DNA from: Chiloscyllium plagiosum
Taxonomy: Eukaryota
Length of the DNA: 64,000 bases
Assembly: GCF_004010195.1 (NCBI RefSeq)
Contig: NC_057731.1
Span: 6,524,477 to 6,588,476 of the forward strand
Direction: 5' to 3'
The position numbers were made by a program, and so were the translations under genes. The notes beneath the pieces are model-generated. The model was given only the letters and a program-made list of their open reading frames with translations. It had not been told where the DNA came from and searched no databases. Of the stretch, positions 26,836 through 38,739 are shown piece by piece. Each line of letters begins with the position of its first letter. Positions within the stretch are counted from its first letter, which is position 1.

Positions 26836-28042
26836 AAAGAATACTCAGGAGATTTCCTCTTTGATTCCCTCAAGGGGAATCACATTGTACGTGTGCTTTC
26901 TCCAAAGTCACTTGGCTCCTCTGTGACATGACCCCTCTGCCCAAGCCAACAACTGCTCCACCGATGGTGGCCTTGGCATCATTTTGAAGACGATATAGAG
27001 TGGAGGGACTGGCATTACTTGGGCGAGCAATGCACTTTAGCTGCCTTTTGCCATGGACTGTTGATCTTGCTGATGATAAGTTGCACCTTCTAACCATATC
27101 ATAGCCAGGAGATATGGGGTAGAGAGATCCCACAGCCATGCCTAACCCATGTAGACACCCATAAGCATTGCTGGAGACCAGTCGCAATGTCCTGTACTCG
27201 TTTCAGGCAATTAGAGGCCCAAGGGATGGGGAAGCAGGAAGTGGATTTAGAATAAGCTTTTAAAAAAAATCTTGGGGACGAAATTCAAATCAGCACAGAC
27301 AGCACCAGATTGTCCATCTGTTAAACACCCGATTTTCCTCCTTCCCTAGTTTGCCGTCCCGCTGGTGCCCTGCTTCACTTCCACGTGTCCACGTGCTCAC
27401 TTGCCGTCAGCTCCTTCCCTGATCAATTCCCTGTGCCCTCATTTAGAATGGAAGAGCATCTGTCCTGAGCAGGCCTGGCCCATTCCTCTCACCCAATACC
27501 TGCACTGAATCTTCACGCTCTGCGTGGATGGTTGTGAAAGTTTACCCACCCAGTTCCGAGGTAGCGCTATCAGCTGTCTGCCAAAGAGGGGGCCAGCTTT
27601 ACAATCTGTTTGTGAAGCGTCTCCTTAAGTCCAGTCTTCACTGCTGCGAAGCACTCTCCCAATTGGACGTTCTTCACCCGCCAAGACAGGGTAAGGCTGT
27701 TCTATTAGACAGCGGTGAAGTTACAGCACATTTTTCAGCCTCTCAGTTTGCTTTCTCATGAGCTGTTGAGGTTGTTCTTGAGATTGCCAGACACACTTCA
27801 GTCACATAGAAATTTGTATCTGTGTCTCCAACCTTGGTGACTGTTTGCAGTTGAAAACCAATATCCTGGCCCACCGTTAAATATTTATCAGCACTGAGCC
27901 GCGGTTAGACTGCAAGGCGACCAGTATTGCAGACATCCTTTGCCATTGTTGCCGGCATAGTAAGTGGAAATTGTCTTTGCTGGGAATTGTCTTTCAAGCT
28001 CTGATGGCTGCACCGTTGACAGAATCTAACTTGGATTCACAG

Positions 28043-28141
28043 AGTGGTCTGACACCTCTTCATTTGGCTGCTCAAGAGGATCGGGTGAATGTTGCTGAAG
28101 TGCTGGTTAATCAGGGAGCTGCTATTGACCCACAGACCAAG
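28043..28141 (+). CDS. ANK3: ANK3 exon, repeat ~21: SGLTPLHLAAQEDRVNVAEVLVNQGAAIDPQTK
   Basis: attcacag| ... |gtacag; 99 nt. Confidence 0.97.
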
Positions 28142-28597
28142 GTACAGACTTGCCAATTTGTTCTGTTTGCTTTTAATATCACCCTTGGGCTAGGGTAATC
28201 TGGGTCCAATAGAAATGATTTAAACTATTGCATTAAAAATGTTATAAATCAGAAGCAAACACAGGGCTTGGGTATGGGGGGTGGGATGCTCTTCGGAGGG
28301 TCGGTGTGCACTCGATGGGCAAAATGACCTCTTTCCATGCTATTCTATGATCCACTCACCAACTCTCTTACTCTCTCCCTCTCCCCAACCCTCTCCCAAC
28401 TCTCTCATTTATGAATATAGGAGTCTAACAATGTGCAGTGTTTCCATTTACATTGCAATAACACTTTCATGATTTTTCTTCTTGCAAATTGGAAATGTGC
28501 ATCAGAAACTACCTTCGGCGTTAACATTGGTTTTAATGGAAAATATTTAGTGAGGACTTACTTTGTTTTCTTTGGAATCTTATTTTGAAAAATGAGG

Positions 28598-28760
28598 CAT
28601 GAAGTACATTTCTGTAGCACCTTTCAGAACACCACAAAGCATTTGACAGCCATTGACGTACTTTTTGAGCATCATAATGTACGAAGGTCCAGCTGAAAGT
28701 GCAGGCAAGGCCTCAGTTTGAGTCTGATCTGTAATGCAGCCATCCCACAGCACTGCAGAT
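28598..28760 (-). mobile_element. Deu-type SINE fragment
   Basis: Reverse complement of the gtgaaaggtgcta..aaatg tail and internal motif. Confidence 0.5.
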
Positions 28761-29001
28761 TGGAGATGGACCAAGTTGCCAGGTCAAAACAAGGAGAGAA
28801 GCTTCACTAGTGGACCCCGGTGGGTGGGTTTGTTCTGTTTCAGTCGGTCTGTCAGTCCCAAGAAAATACTCTGTGACTTCAAGCATGCCGTGTTTCAGGC
28901 CTTTCATTGGAAGTATTTTTGAATCAAAATGGGATCCAGAAACTAAATTAAGTGTTGCATTTCCATCCCTGAGAGGAGTTACCTTTGCTTTCTGATTACA
29001 G

Positions 29002-29100
29002 ATGGGTTATATTCCACTGCACGTAGCGTGTCACTATGGGAACGTGAAGATGGTCAACTTTCTGTTGCAACATAATGCCAAAGTCAATGCCAAGACAAAG
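29002..29100 (+). CDS. ANK3: ANK3 exon, repeat ~22: [33 protein letters not shown]
   Basis: gattacag| ... |gtcggt; 99 nt. Confidence 0.96.
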
Positions 29101-29210
29101 GTCGGTTCACCTTCGCTGACAGCATCTACGGCTGATTTCACTCCGAGCTAACCAAACCTTTCTGAGCAGAGTTTTCTAACATGCACTCTCCTTCTTGTCC
29201 CTTACTATAG

Positions 29211-29309
29211 AACGGGTACACCCCTCTCCACCAGGCAGCTCAGCAAGGACACACACATATCATTAACATCCTCCTGCAACACGGCGCCTCTCCGGATGAA
29301 GTCACCATG
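29211..29309 (+). CDS. ANK3: ANK3 exon, repeat ~23: [33 protein letters not shown]
   Basis: tactatag| ... |gtaatt; 99 nt; preceded by a 110-nt intron. Confidence 0.97.
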
Positions 29310-30214
29310 GTAATTATCAAAAGATGTTGGTGAATTTCTTCTTTCCCTGAACATGTAAACTTCTGCTTTCACCTGACAGTCTATCATCACCCATCTTTGA
29401 GAAGGTGGCTGCCAGGATGCGGTTAACAATTCTCTCTCCACTCTCCAAAAGCAAGGAAAGACTTAACATGAACCAAAAGTTGGACTTACTGATCTCAACC
29501 ATAGGGTCATATACCCCCTGTGTCAGGGTGGAGTACAGACCCTGTCAGATGCAGGTCTGTATTGACCAACAATGCTGTCTGCTGGGGGAGTGTGGTTTGG
29601 TCAGGCACATGATATCACTGAGTCTGATAAGCTTACTGTATGGCTCGTCTGTGAAGCTGTAAAAAGAATTCCATTTGCTGTGTTTCTGCCAGTGACTCCT
29701 ACCTACATTCTGTACCTTTCTTCTCACTATCGCCACAAGGGCAACTTTTGTACCATCTTCAAACTTCTTAAACATGCTCGCTGCATTTCTACATCACGGA
29801 TCCAATGCTGTTGCCTCTAATTTACCCATCGCTGAGATTTGGCTGATTGACTGTAGTTGCCAAGCCATCCTTCCTACCTTATTCAAACACTGGTACAACA
29901 TTAGCAGACTGGAGTCAGAGAGGGTTGAACAGTGATGTTCAGGGCCTCTGTTAATTCATTCCTTTGCACTCTTGCATACATTTCATCCAGGACTGCTGGT
30001 TTATCCAGTGCCAAATTCCTTAATATTCTGTCCATTACTCTATTTATTTAATGATCACAGCCCTTCTCCTTATTACACTGTCTGCTTTCTTGAACTCTCT
30101 GTTGTGAAGACAGATGGAAATGTGTAATTACTGACTATCCACATATAGCTTACCTTCCTGGTCTCCTGTGGATCTTATCCTTCCTTCAGTTATCCTCTTA
30201 TTTTTTATTTATTT

Positions 30215-30917
30215 AGAGTCATACATATGTACAGCACAGAAACAGATCTTTCAATCCAACTTGTCCATGCCCACCAAGTATCCTAAATTAAACTAGTCCT
30301 TTTTGCCAGCACTTGGCCCATATCCCTCTAAATCCTTCCTGTTCATGTACCCGTCCAGATGCCTTTTAAATGTTTTAATTGTACCAGCCTCCACTACTTC
30401 CTCCGGCAGCTCATTCCATACACATACCACTCGCTGCATGAGAAAGTTGCCCCTGAGGCCCCTTTTAAATCTTTTCCCTCTCACCCTAAACTTATGCCCT
30501 CTACTTCTGGACTCCCCCACCCCAGTGAAAAGACCTTGTCCATTTACCCTATCCATGCCCCTCATGATTTTATAAACCTCTATAAGGTCACCCCACAGCC
30601 TCTGATACTTCAGGGAAAACAGCCCCAGCCTATTCATCCTCTCCCCATAGCTCAAACCCTCCAACTCTGGCAAGATCCTTGTAAATCTTTTCTGAACCCT
30701 TTACAGTTTCACAACATCCTTCCTATAGCAGGGAGACCAGAATTGCAGGTAATATTCCAAAAGTGGCCCAACCAATGTCCTGTACAGCCGCAACATGACC
30801 TCCAACTCCTGTACTCAATACTCTGACCAATAAAGGAAAGCATACCAAACGCTGCCTTCACTATCCTAACTACCTGAGACTCCACATTCAAGGAACAATG
30901 AACCTGCACTCCAAGGT
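30215..30917 (-). mobile_element. CR1/HER1-like LINE 3' fragment
   Basis: ORF track 30293-30673 LEGLSYGERMNRLGLFSL...RGDLIEVYKIM-like. Confidence 0.9.
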
Positions 30918-31271
30918 CAGCAACACACCCCAGGAGTGTGTTTTTGTGTCAAACAGTGTATTTATAGCACATCGTTGAGTTGCTTTCATTTCAGTGGGGT
31001 TTTTTGGTGCTCTTTATGTTTTCTAATTTCACCTCTGTGCCCTTTCTATTCTACAATACGGCACTGAGCTTTAGGCATCTTATACCAACTTTCCTCTGTG
31101 CCTTGTCCCGCCCTAATTGCTCTTTGGGCACCTTGGCCCTCTAGATTCGAGAAATGTATATTTGACCAGAGCCCTATTTCCTCCTGGGAAAGCCTTTTGC
31201 CGATCGGACACTACTCAATCTTCAAGTTGCTCCTCTCAGGGCACTTTCAGCAAATCAGGTTTCAGCTGAGT

Positions 31272-31430
31272 AAAAACAGAGGTCGCTGGGAAACCTCAGC
31301 AGGTCCGGCAGCATCTGTGAAGAGAAATCAGAGTTAACGTTTCAGATCTGGTGAGCCCTCCTCAGAGGTGATGGTCTCTAGGAAAATGTCGGTTTATATG
31401 CAGAAGATGGAGGTCGCAGGGGTAAGGAGT
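31272..31430 (-). mobile_element. Penelope-like pLTR fragment with hammerhead-like core
   Basis: Minus strand CTGAGGAgggctcaccagatctGAAACGTTaac (31333-31365). Confidence 0.6.
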
Positions 31431-31534
31431 GCTAAGCAAAATTGGCCTTTCCACAAATCTAACTGAATCATGATCACTCTCATCAAAACACTCTCCACCT
31501 TCTAGATTCATTCCCTAAACTGAAGTCTGGGAGG

Positions 31535-32848
31535 CGACTAGATGTGTTGATGAAGTGGATGCAGTCTGAGTGGACTTCAGTAAGGTTTTTGGCAAGGTCT
31601 CACGTGTGAAACTGGTCAAGAAGCTAAGAACCTATGGTATCTGGGGCAAACTGGGTTCAAAATTGGCTTAGCGGCTGAAGGCAGAGGGTGATAATCGAAG
31701 GGTGCTTTTGTCGAAGGGAAACTGATGTTCAGTGGCGTGGAACAGGGTTCAGTGCTGGTCCTCTGGCTGTTTGTTATGTTCATTCATGATCTAGACATGA
31801 ATACAAGAGGTATGGTCATAAAGTTTGCAGATAAAGTTTGCAGATAACATGAAAATTGTTAGTTTGGTAAATAGGAGGGTGAGAGTCTTTGACTACAGGA
31901 TGATATAGATGGGCAGACAATGGCAAATGGAATTTAATCCTAAAATGTGTAAGATGGTGTATTTTGGGAGGACCCTTGGAAAAACTGAGGGTCAGAGGAA
32001 TGTTGGTGTTCGTGTCCAGGGATCATGCTGAGTGAGGTGAAGGCCCATTGTGTTCGAGGTGAGTTAAGTGGCATTGAAATGCCCATCAGCTGTGATTGAA
32101 TGGCGGAGTGGACTCGATGGATCGAATGGCCTTACTTCCACTCCTATTTCCAATGGTGTTATGGCCTTATTGATGGCAAAGGGACAAGTAGGTAAGGTAG
32201 TTAACAAAGCACATGCAATTGTTAGTCAAGGTATTGAATACAAGAGCAGGGAGGCTATGATGGAGCTATAAAAGATGTTAGTTATACCACAGCTGGAGTA
32301 CAGTGTTCAGTTCTAGTCACCACACTATAGGAAGGATGTGATCGCACTAAAGAGGTTGCAGTAGAGATTCATCAGGATGTTGCCCTGGCTAGAGCGCTTC
32401 CAGTGTGAAGAGAGACCAGATAGACTGGGGTTATTTTCTTTAGAGCAGAGAAGGCTGATTGAAGTGAACAAAATTTTGAAGGACATAAGGAAGAAAGGGA
32501 GGAATGATTCCCCTTTGTTCAGGGATCAGTAACTAGGGGGCATGGCATTGAGGTAAAGGGCAGGAAGTTCAGAGAGGGTTTAAGGAAAACAAAAATTCAC
32601 CCAGAGGGTTTTGAGTATGGATGTAAGTTAACTCGCTGAGCCAGTTTTGAGTATACTGGACCGCGATGTCTGTAAGGATGGTAGAAGCCAGAACTTTTAA
32701 GACATTGAAGAAGTGTTTAGATTTTCACTTGTAGCACCGTAGTACACAGATTGTGAGAGCTGGAAAATGGGACCAGTGAGGGAGGGGCTTGATGATCAGT
32801 TTAGCTCCATGGGCTTGAAGGGCCTCCTTTGTCCTGTAAACTCTATTG
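31535..32848 (+). mobile_element. Decayed CR1 LINE (RT region to 3' tail) with nested small inserts
   Basis: DFSKVF, QGSVLVL, KFADN, GIEYKSRE motifs. Confidence 0.8.
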
Positions 32849-34173
32849 CTGTCCCTTGTCTTGATAGGCTTGTTACATTTGTCTCATAAAGTTCTCCTGA
32901 ATGCATTTGAAGCCTTCCACACTCAGTGAGACTGACTACTTCCATGTAAATATTTGGGTCATCGAAATTCCTTACAGACACATTGTTTCTCTACATCTCT
33001 CAGGCATTGTCTTCAATATTTGCTCTTCGACCTTCCCCTCACTGCTTGGGGCTCTATATTACACTCCCAGCAGTGTCACCTCTTGTCTGTTCCTCAGCTC
33101 AACCCATTGACTCATTTGGTGCTCCTTCAGACATGTCATTCATCCTTACAGTTGCAAGTATTTACTTAACTAAGTTTGTGACCTTTCCCCCTCCTTTTAA
33201 AATTCCCTCACTCTGCTGTCTGAAAACTCTCTGAACCAAAAACGTTCAGCTGCCATTCGTGCCTGTTAAGACATGTTTCAGAAATAGTTACATGATCATA
33301 TGCACAAGTAACACGCCCTGTAATTTAGTTGTACTTGAGTGATTTGTTAAAGTAAACAGGTCTTTTTGATTTTGTGTCCAGTCAGTTTAAGAGGCTGATT
33401 GAATGGAGTTACTTTTGGAACTTGTAGGTTGCTGCACATCTATCAAGCCCCACCTCTTACGAGAAGCATTACTTCCAGGTTTCATTGCTTCTAGGTTTCA
33501 ATCCATACCTCCATCTCATCCGCGTCGTTTGTGAGCTTCCTTCAATTGAACTATGCGCCACTGATTAATGAAAAGCAACTTTGTTTTCTGTTTCCTGGCC
33601 TTTCTTTCCTTAACCTTCCAAGTGATTTATTTTTCTGCCATCTCTTCCAGTTTTACACTTTGCCCTTCCAAACCCTCACTCAGATACCCCTGCCAAGCGA
33701 GATATAAAACCCTTGCCAACAACACTGCTCAATGTCTCCATTGTGATCTTGGTTTCAACCCTTGGAAGGAGCAACCTTTCTAGACTCTGTCGGCTGTAAA
33801 TAGAGTCATAGGCTTAGACAGTACAGAAAGTGGTCCTTCAATCCAACACACTTGTGCCGCCCAGATATCCTAAATAAATCTAGTTCCATTTGCCAGCATG
33901 TGGCCCATATTCCCCTCAACCCTTTCTATTCATGTACCCATCCAGATGCCTTTTAAATGTTGTAATTGTAAGCACTTCCACTACTTCCTCTGGCAGCTGA
34001 TTCCATACACGTACCACCCTCTGTGTGAAAAAGTTGCCCCTTAGGTACATTTTAATTTTTCCCTCTAATCTTGCACCTATGCCCTCTAGTTTTGAACTCC
34101 CCTACCCTGGGGAAAAAAGACATTGGCTATTTACCCTAGCTGTGCCCCTCGAAATTTTATAAATCAATATAAG

Positions 34174-34367
34174 AGGAGAAAGTGAGGTCTGCAGATGCTG
34201 GAGATCAAAGTTGAAACTTTATTGCTGGAACAGCACAGCAGGTCAGGCAGCATCCAGGGAACAGGAGATTCGACGTTTCGGGCACAGGCCCTTCTTCTTC
34301 CTGAAGAAGGGCCTGTGCCCGAAACGTCGAATCTCCTGTTCCCTGGATGCTGCCTGACCTGCTGTGC
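34174..34367. mobile_element. Penelope-derived insert with 66-bp perfect palindrome and 14-bp perfect TSD
   Basis: Arms 34232-34297 / 34303-34368; taaatcaatataag at 34160-34173 and 34368-34381. Confidence 0.85.
34298..34331 (+). ncRNA. Putative minimal type-I hammerhead ribozyme (Penelope pLTR type)
   Basis: uuc-CUGAAGA-a-gggc(cugu)gccc-GAAAC-GUC-gaa: core intact, 4-bp stem II, palindromic ACGU stem III, 3-bp stem I. Confidence 0.7.
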
Positions 34368-35917
34368 TAAATCAATATAAGGTCAGCCTTCAACCACTCC
34401 AGGAATAGCCCCGGCCTATTCAGCCTCATCCTATCGCTCAAACCCTCTAATCCCAGCAAGATCATTGTAAATCTTTTCTGCACCCATTCAAGTTTCACAG
34501 CATCCTTTCTATAGCAGGCCAGAGAATTCATCCTTATGGCCTGTTCTCCCCCTGCACTGTCTCTCTGGTCATTCATTCAGCTATCCTCCTGCTTCCCTAG
34601 CACATCCACAGATTACTCCCTTTTGAGTTTCTGCTCTGTGATTTCTTTCACAGCCCCCTGCAGTCTGTGTGCAGAGCCACATCCCTCTTTCTATCTATTT
34701 CATTGGTTGGCCATGGCCCCTGGCTGCTTACTCCCGCTCCTGCACACTCAGAATGTTCTGCAGCAGCCTCAGTGACATGCCCTTGACCTTGACACTGGAT
34801 CAGCAAGATGTCATGCTGGAGTCACCTTTACCACAGCAAATACACCTTTCTGCTTCCCTAATCCTATCAGTATCGCTCCCCTGACCTTACTGTTCCATCC
34901 CTGCCCAGTTAAACCCATGATATACCAACCAGGTAGAGAGTAACATTCCTTTAGGATTATTTGTCTGATCTTCCTTCCTTGTCTGTGTTGAACAAACCGA
35001 TATCCATATATTGACTTAGGGAGCAAAAGATGTTGAGTCTTACAAGAGATTTATTGTCAATCTATCATTGGACGGGGAAATAATGCACTCCAGCCTCTGC
35101 GGTGCCCACCTCTCTTTGAAAGGACCAAGCTCTTAAACATAAAGTCAAGTGACAATCTGGTGGTCACCCCTTCCCTTGCTACTTGCTCACTCTAAACTTC
35201 CGAGTTTAACCCCCTGCCTAAAATTACCTTAACAAAAAGTAAACAGTGACACCCACTGTGTTACTCAATGATGTTACACCCTGAGATATTTTTGTGCTAA
35301 TCATATGTTTCTGTTACTCTTAATCCCCCTCCTCTTGCCTCTTCTCAACTCCACATTCTGTGCCCAAACAGGATGTTAATAGGAAGAGGATATTTCTATG
35401 TTAGCCAGTGTGTTGATGTGCAAACATTTATTGAAAAATTCCAAGCTGGAGAGGAAAATAATGGGATAATTCTTGTATCATTATTTCCCTGAAAGATCTG
35501 TCAGCAGTAAAAATACTAGCATTCTTAGGCATGTTCCATGCAGTTTGACATGCTGTCTTGTATGTCTCTTACATGTACATCTCACACTCAGTCTCTCCTA
35601 TGTCCTATGCCTTGCTGTCTCATCCTCCCAGTCTTGGACACATTCTTGGGCACTCATATGCCATCACACATTTGCAATGTTTCTTTCCACTCACTCATTC
35701 AGCTTTCACACTTACTCACACATGTACATTGTCACACTCCCTCTCTCATGCTTTCTCTCTTAAATTTTCTTACACATTCTCTCTCAGAAGTGAATATGTA
35801 ACGGAGCAGACCTTCATGGCTCAATAGTCTACTCATGCCCCGAGGTCCGTTTTCCTCCTTGTTCACTCGTATATGCCTGAGTAGAGAGGAACATCATATA
35901 GGGAAGAGACCAATTTA

Positions 35918-36075
35918 CAGAGTAACTTTGATTATCTGGTAATCAATTATCTGGCAAATTCAAAATGTCCCGATGCTCGGCTAAACTGTGTTATCCGGCA
36001 TTCAATTATCCGGAATTCGATTAACCAAGCAAAGTGCTCCCTGCCCATGTCCTTTGGATAATCGAGGTCCCTCTG
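35918..36075. mobile_element. MITE, probably Tc1/mariner-pogo (Tigger-like)
   Basis: Imperfect TIRs cagagtaactttgattatct / ggataatcgaggtccctctg; TA on the left flank; internal attatcygg repeats. Confidence 0.6.
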
Positions 36076-36264
36076 TCAATGTTTCTCAGTGTTTTACAGT
36101 AAAACAAACGTCCTGAAATGGGAATAGGGAAATTACGGAGTGAGGGTATTCTGTAAATGTAACAATAGACTTTTAAAGAGACACTGTTATTTTTCAAAAC
36201 CGTGATGCTTCTGAGTGAAGATCCCAATTGCAGTCTCATTGTGGAATGTTGTTCTTGTTTTTAG

Positions 36265-36363
36265 AATGGGAATACTGCTTTAGCCATCGCTAAGAGGCTT
36301 GGTTATATCTCTGTGGTTGATACGCTGAAAGTGGTTACTGAGGAAACCTTGACGACCACAATG
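36265..36363 (+). CDS. ANK3: ANK3 exon, repeat ~24: [33 protein letters not shown]
   Basis: gtttttag| ... |gtaaat; 99 nt. Confidence 0.96.
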
Positions 36364-36471
36364 GTAAATTCTGTTTCTGTCTGCTTGTCTATCTGTCCAT
36401 ACATAATCATATTGGCTGGTACTTTGCTTAACTCAGTACCTCTTTAAATCAATGTGCTGAAGATTGAATAT

Positions 36472-36793
36472 GGGGCGGCACGGTGGCTCAGTGGTTAGCA
36501 CTGCTGCCTCACAGTACCAGGGACCCAGGTTCTATTTCAGCCTCGGGCAACTGTCTATGTGGAGTTTGCACATTCTCTCCGTGTCTGTGTGGGTTTCCTC
36601 CGGGTGCTGCAGTTTCCTCCCACAGTCCAAAGATGTGCAGGTCAGGTAAATTGGCCATTCTAAATTGCCCATAGTGTTAGGTGCATTAATAGAGGGAAAT
36701 GGGTCTGGGTGGGTTACTGTTTGGAGGGTCGGTGTGGACTTGTTGGGCCGAAGGGCCTGTTTCCACACTGTAGGGAATCTAATCTAATCTAAT
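36472..36793 (+). mobile_element. HE1-type SINE, full length, in a 480-nt intron
   Basis: ggcggcacggtggctcagtggttagc head; (taatc)n tail. Confidence 0.92.
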
Positions 36794-36843
36794 AACACTG
36801 ATCTGACATGACTGTCTCTAAAACACACACTTTTTCTCCACAG

Positions 36844-36916
36844 TCCGTAACAGAAAAGCATAAACTAAATGTTCCTGAAACAATGAATGAAGTTCTGGAT
36901 GTATCTGATGATGAAG
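36844..36916 (+). CDS. ANK3: ANK3 linker exon: [24 protein letters not shown](G/V)
   Basis: ctccacag| ... |gtaatg; 73 nt, phase 0/1. Confidence 0.96.
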
Positions 36917-37019
36917 GTAATGTTCAAATGTTCCCTTCTGAAATTATCCCTGCTTGCAGTAAGAGGCTTACTCCAATTTCTGATGCTCATTTTCCCAGGT
37001 GTCATCGTGTGTAATAGAC

Positions 37020-37705
37020 CAAAGAGATCTCAGGGCACAGGTTCATAGGTCCTTGAAGATGGAGTCACAGAGAGACAGAATGGTGAAGAAGGTTTTTGGC
37101 ATGCTAGCTTTCATTGGTCAGAGCATTGGGTTAGGAGATGGGATGTCTTGTTGAAGCTGTAGAAAACATTGTGACATCACATTTGGAGTACAGCATGCCC
37201 TTCTGATCACCATACCACTGGAAATAATGCAGAAAAAATGTACTCGGGTGCTACCTGGACTGGAAGGTTTGAGGTATAAGGAGAGGCCGGGACTTACTGA
37301 CCTGGAGCATAGTAGACTGAGGGATGACCTTATACAGGTCTATCAAATCATGAGAGGCATAGATAAGGTAGATAGCGGATAACCTTTCCCCCTGAGCAGG
37401 GGAGTCTAAAACTAGAGGGCATAGGTTTAAAGTGAGAGGGGGGGGGAGAGATACAGGAGGTCCAGAGGTGCAGCATTTTTACACTGAGGGTGTGTGTGTC
37501 TGGAACTGGCTGCCAGAGATAGTGGTGGAAGCAAGCACAATGCTGTCATTTAAGAAACATTTAGACAGGTATATGGATGGGATAGGTATGGATGGATATG
37601 GATCAAACACAGGCAAATGGCAATAGTTTTAAATTGTGAAAACTGCGCGGCATGAGTACATTGGGCTGAAGGGCCTGTTTTCATGCTGTAGGCCTCTATG
37701 ACTCT
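37020..37705 (+). mobile_element. Decayed CR1/HER1-like LINE 3' fragment
   Basis: VWNWLPEIVVEASTMLSFKKHLDRYM plus tail. Confidence 0.8.
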
Positions 37706-37747
37706 GTGAGCCTGTTAATTTACTCTGCACATCAACCTAAAGACATT

Positions 37748-38066
37748 TGCACGGTGGCACCATGGTTAGCACTGTTGCCTCACAGCGCTGGAGACCCGGG
37801 TTCAATTCCCGCCTCAGGCGACTGTCTGTGCGGAGTTTGCACGTTCTCCCGTGTCTGCGTGGGTTTCCTCCGGGTGCTCCGGTTTCCTCCTGCCGTCCAA
37901 AGATGTGCAGGTCAGGTGAATTGGCCATGTTAAATTGCCCATAGTGTTAGGTAAGGGGTAAATGTAGGGGTATGGGTGGGTTGCGCTTCGGAGGGTCGGT
38001 GTGGACTTGTTGGGCCGAAGGGCCTGTTTCCACACTGTTAAGTAATCTAATCTTAAAAAAAAAAAT
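37748..38066 (+). mobile_element. HE1-type SINE (young subfamily)
   Basis: gggttcaattcccgcctcaggcgac B box; taatctaatc plus poly-A tail. Confidence 0.92.
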
Positions 38067-38676
38067 TTTAGAAATGAAACAAGTGTAGTATTTGAGGTCA
38101 GGGCTTGTCGTCTTATGTTATCCTTTCAAGAATGTAATGCCATGATTCCCTAGTTCTGCGTTGCCAATTGGATTTCAAATAATGTCAGCTGAGGTTGAAG
38201 ACTATTGAGCGTAGACCCTGCCTAGTGCCCAATCAGGGGGAGCTCAGCTTGGTCCCTAGCTAATGCTGACTTAGCTCTTCAGGAACAATCAGTACATTAG
38301 GTCATAGTGCCTCTGGTCTGGAGAATGTTCGATAAACCAGCACCCCTGCTCTTTCTCTGCATCCTTGTTCCTCTCCTTGTTTCTCCGTTGTTTTCTGAAT
38401 ATTACTCTGTCCTAACATGAGCCTTTTCCCCATGACCCACTGCCACATTTCTGCTTTGTCAGTGACCTTAAACCTGAAGATATTGCTTCAAGGTGTCATG
38501 CTTTTTTGGCTGAGTTTTGCAAAGCATCACAACATGAATTCTAATGAATATGTTCTTCTGTGAGCTCAGTGATGTCTAATATTTTTTACACCCTGGCCTT
38601 ATTTTTACAAAAGTAGGGTTGAAATGATTTTGGTCACATCTGGTAATATATGGTCATCTTTATTCAAACCATGCAG

Positions 38677-38739
38677 TTCATAAAGCCAGTGTTCCTGAAT
38701 TTGTCAGTGAAGCTGAGTCTTTGTCAGATGCTGATGAAG
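38677..38739 (+). CDS. ANK3: ANK3 63-nt symmetric (cassette-type) linker exon: (V)HKASVPEFVSEAESLSDADE(G)
   Basis: catgcag| ... |gtactt; phase 1/1; aligns residue for residue with the recalled mammalian VRKANAPEMLSDGEYISDVEE segment. Confidence 0.88.

Larger units (their letters stand above)
33800..34517 (-). mobile_element. CR1/HER1-like LINE 3' fragment interrupted by a Penelope-derived insert
   Basis: Same family as 3005 and 30215; sequence continues across the TSD at 34160/34368. Confidence 0.85.
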
